The position numbers were made by a program, and so were the translations under genes. A stretch of DNA of 64,000 nt, counting the filler, from Dirinaria sp. TL-2023a (taxonomy: Eukaryota), in assembly GCA_051941275.1 (NCBI GenBank). It is 5 parts of 5 records of this genome, joined end to end, with 100 filler letters (N's around TTAATTAATTAA, not from the genome) between each part and the next. Parts side by side here need not be neighbours in the genome. Positions count along the whole stretch, not along the records: positions 52,487 to 64,000 come from JAVEBF010000840.1; 4 more parts are not named here. One strand, 5' to 3'. Numbering within the stretch: position 1 is the first letter of the stretch; each line of letters begins with the position of its first letter. The notes beneath the pieces are model-generated. The model worked only from the letters and a program-made list of their open reading frames with translations, was not told the origin of the DNA and did no database searches. Shown piece by piece: positions 61,735 to 64,000 of this stretch.

Positions 61735-64000
61735 CTAATCAGATAACTCCACGGGGTGATGCTGGGTGCCCTCCGAACTTGGCGGGCTGACAACGGTCGT
61801 TGGCGTCGATCTATCAGACGGCTCTTCCAGGATCGCGTCGTGGTTTTGCTCGGCCGAAGGCGACATCGTGCCCTCCCTCTCCTCGCCGCCGGTACTACTC
61901 GTATTAGCACCCCTCCGACGTCTTCTCGCACGCCGCTCATCGTCCGCGCTTTCTCTCCGTCTGCGGACGCGAAGACTGCCGCTTTGGCTACCGGCTATAG
62001 GATCCCCGTCGGCGTCGCCGCGCAAACCTTGCAGCATGCTGGCAGCGCGATCGGCGATGTCTTCGCCCTCGCTAATGGTGGCCATATCATTGCTTTTCAC
62101 TTCGGTGCCTTCCCCGCTGGTGGTGCTTTCCGGACTCAAGATTGTACGATCGAGCTCCTCGTCTTCGTTACCTTTAGTCAAGTCGCCCATGTCTGGGATA
62201 GTTTGACCGCTTGCAACGCGGACCTGGTGTCTGTCTTTTAACCTGGCACGCCGCCTGCGATCTCTTTGATCTCGGGCTTGCGGAGCAGCAGCGCGAAGCT
62301 TCTCCAGTAGGGTATCCATTGCACCTGATGATGATGGCGAATTTGCCCCATCAGTAGGAGTGGAATTGGTGGCGGCCGGGTTGACAGCTTTGGCGTTCAT
62401 GCGCTTGCGGGCCATGGAGGCTTCATTACGCTTGCGAGTTTCCTCCATGGCTATGTTCTTTTCTTTAGATTTCTGCCAGGGGTTAGCAATTGCGAATTTA
62501 GCAGAAATGTATTTTGATAGCCTTACCCTCCACTCTGTTACGAAGGATGCAAGCTTAGCGAAGAAGTCGCGTCGAGCGTTGTCGTCTGCACTATCCTCGC
62601 CGTAGAAGGTCATGATATCATCATAAGTCCGAGTCATTTCTTCGAGGTAGAGTTGCATCTGCTCTGCTTTCCTCCTGGCATCTTTCATTGACCTTTGGAC
62701 AACTTGGCTGACACGATCTTGAGGGTGGAACTTTTTAGGGTCGCTAAGATTACCTGAGTCGAGGGACATCTGTATGTTCTTGATGTTGTCAATGTACTTC
62801 TTTGCGTCAACTTGGAGCTGCTCGACATTCAACTTCTGAGCGCCGACGACACCGCCAATGTCGTCGACGAAGCCTTCCCATTCAGGGTACTGATTGCGAA
62901 CTATTCTTTCTACCAGGTCGGCAAATGTCGATTCGTTCTTATCGTCCTTGACCATACCCAGGCGGCTGAGCGAGCTGAGTTTGAAACCGGTGGCTTGCTT
63001 GTTCGAATCATTCATGTAATTACCAATGTCAAGAATCAAGCCAAGAATGTTCATCAAAGAAATTGAATCTCGCAGCGACTCTGAAACCTGAACGACCTCT
63101 TTCAGATGTTTGGCTATCTCATCGTATTCAGACTCAAAAGACCGCGTCAATGCTAGGGCACGCATTCTTGATTTCCAGTAGTGGCGGAGCTCGTACGCTG
63201 TTTGCAGATATATTTGGTCTTCTCTCGTCAGCTCTGATGGGTCCTGCTCTCTTGACGATTTCAGGGCGTCAGGACCAGTCCAGTCTTTGCTGTAAGGTGC
63301 CATGAGCTTGGCGGTGTTGTCGGGTATAGTACAGAGGTCTTCCTTTTGCAAGAAAGTCATGACCACATTGTTATCAAGGACTTCTCTATCGCAGTGAATA
63401 ATCATGCGAATGACTTCCTCCACGGATACTTGAGAGAACTTCGCCAGCGAGATTTCGAAGTTTCTTATCAGTTCACTGGAAATAATCTGCTTCTTGTCCG
63501 ACTTCTTGCCGCCACTAGTGCCAATTTTCTTAATTTCTTTGGCCATGAAGAGTTTTTCGACTTCGTCAAGAACTCCTTTTCTTGACAGCTCCATATACTT
63601 TTCTTCTTTGGCGGCATGTGTAGGAGTATGCGCCGCCCATACAGTCACTTGAGGAGCGTCGACCTTCTCCCAATGCAGCGCCTTCAGCTTCTTCTTCGGC
63701 CGAATGAAAGGTAGCCCGATAGTAGGTACTGAAGTGGATTGCGGTTGAGGAAGATAGCCGCCTTTTGCTGCGCCAGGCAAAGGAGGCGCACCAGGTACTG
63801 GTGGAGGAAGCGGTGGCGGCGCCATTGAGCCGAAACCCGGAGCCGATGGTGTGCCAGGGGCGGATAGTGTCCTCGGGGTACCTGGCAAAGGTGGAGGGGG
63901 CGGAGGCGGAGGCGGTGGAGCATCGGTAGAGAAACCAGGCATAGATGGAGAGGGAGACGGAGAAGCTAGTGGCGGGGGAGGAGGCGGAGGAGGCGACGGC
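61735..64000 (-). CDS. sepA: formin (SepA/Bni1-type), FH1-FH2-DAD part; 5' end outside the window
   Basis: Poly-Pro FH1; KLKALHWEKV; IGNYMN..ATGFKLSSL (FH2); MDTLLEKLR (DAD); in-frame intron near 62527-62476. Confidence 0.92.
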   Translation of the reverse strand, partial: PSPPPPPPPPLASPSPSPSMPGFSTDAPPPPPPPPPPLPGTPRTLSAPGTPSAPGFGSMAPPPLPPPVPGAPPLPGAAKGGYLPQPQSTSVPTIGLPFIRPKKKLKALHWEKVDAPQVTVWAAHTPTHAAKEEKYMELSRKGVLDEVEKLFMAKEIKKIGTSGGKKSDKKQIISSELIRNFEISLAKFSQVSVEEVIRMIIHCDREVLDNNVVMTFLQKEDLCTIPDNTAKLMAPYSKDWTGPDALKSSREQDPSELTREDQIYLQTAYELRHYWKSRMRALALTRSFESEYDEIAKHLKEVVQVSESLRDSISLMNILGLILDIGNYMNDSNKQATGFKLSSLSRLGMVKDDKNESTFADLVERIVRNQYPEWEGFVDDIGGVVGAQKLNVEQLQVDAKKYIDNIKNIQMSLDSGNLSDPKKFHPQDRVSQVVQRSMKDARRKAEQMQLYLEEMTRTYDDIMTFYGEDSADDNARRDFFAKLASFVTEWRVRLSKYISAKFAIANPWQKSKEKNIAMEETRKRNEASMARKRMNAKAVNPAATNSTPTDGANSPSSSGAMDTLLEKLRAAAPQARDQRDRRRRARLKDRHQVRVASGQTIPDMGDLTKGNEDEELDRTILSPESTTSGEGTEVKSNDMATISEGEDIADRAASMLQGLRGDADGDPIAGSQSGSLRVRRRRESADDERRARRRRRGANTSSTGGEEREGTMSPSAEQNHDAILEEPSDRSTPTTVVSPPSSEGTQHHPVELSD

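Overview
Eukaryotic DNA from a filamentous ascomycete. It has short GT-AG introns with CTRAY branch sites and Pezizomycotina-type genes; a Eurotiomycete/Chaetothyriomycetidae, possibly lichen-forming, is an inference. The window is not one locus. It is five contigs of about 13 kb (13029, 13022, 13019, 13016 bp and one truncated) joined by artificial 100-bp N44-TTAATTAATTAA-N44 linkers. Contig 1: tRNA-Pro(CGG), RBR E3 ligase, ECM11-domain protein, Yip1-family protein, Ran-binding protein, PTH11-like membrane protein. Contig 2: 2OG-Fe(II) oxygenase, MFS transporter, broken carnitine carrier, minimal SET-domain protein, broken trimethyllysine dioxygenase (an apparently decaying cluster). Contig 3: NIPA Mg2+ transporter, patatin lacking the catalytic Ser, MOSC protein, membrane and hypothetical genes. 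Contig 4: ubiquitin E2, GPI-type protein, membrane proteins. Contig 5: reducing-PKS relic, PTH11-like pseudogene, Tri3-like acyltransferase, SDR, membrane protein, formin 3' half. The standout is the tRNA-Pro gene at 69-228 (-). Besides a normal 37/38 intron it carries a 52-nt insertion in the D-loop with the hallmarks of a spliceosomal intron (GTTGGT...CTAAT...CAG), and its removal restores a textbook tRNA-Pro.
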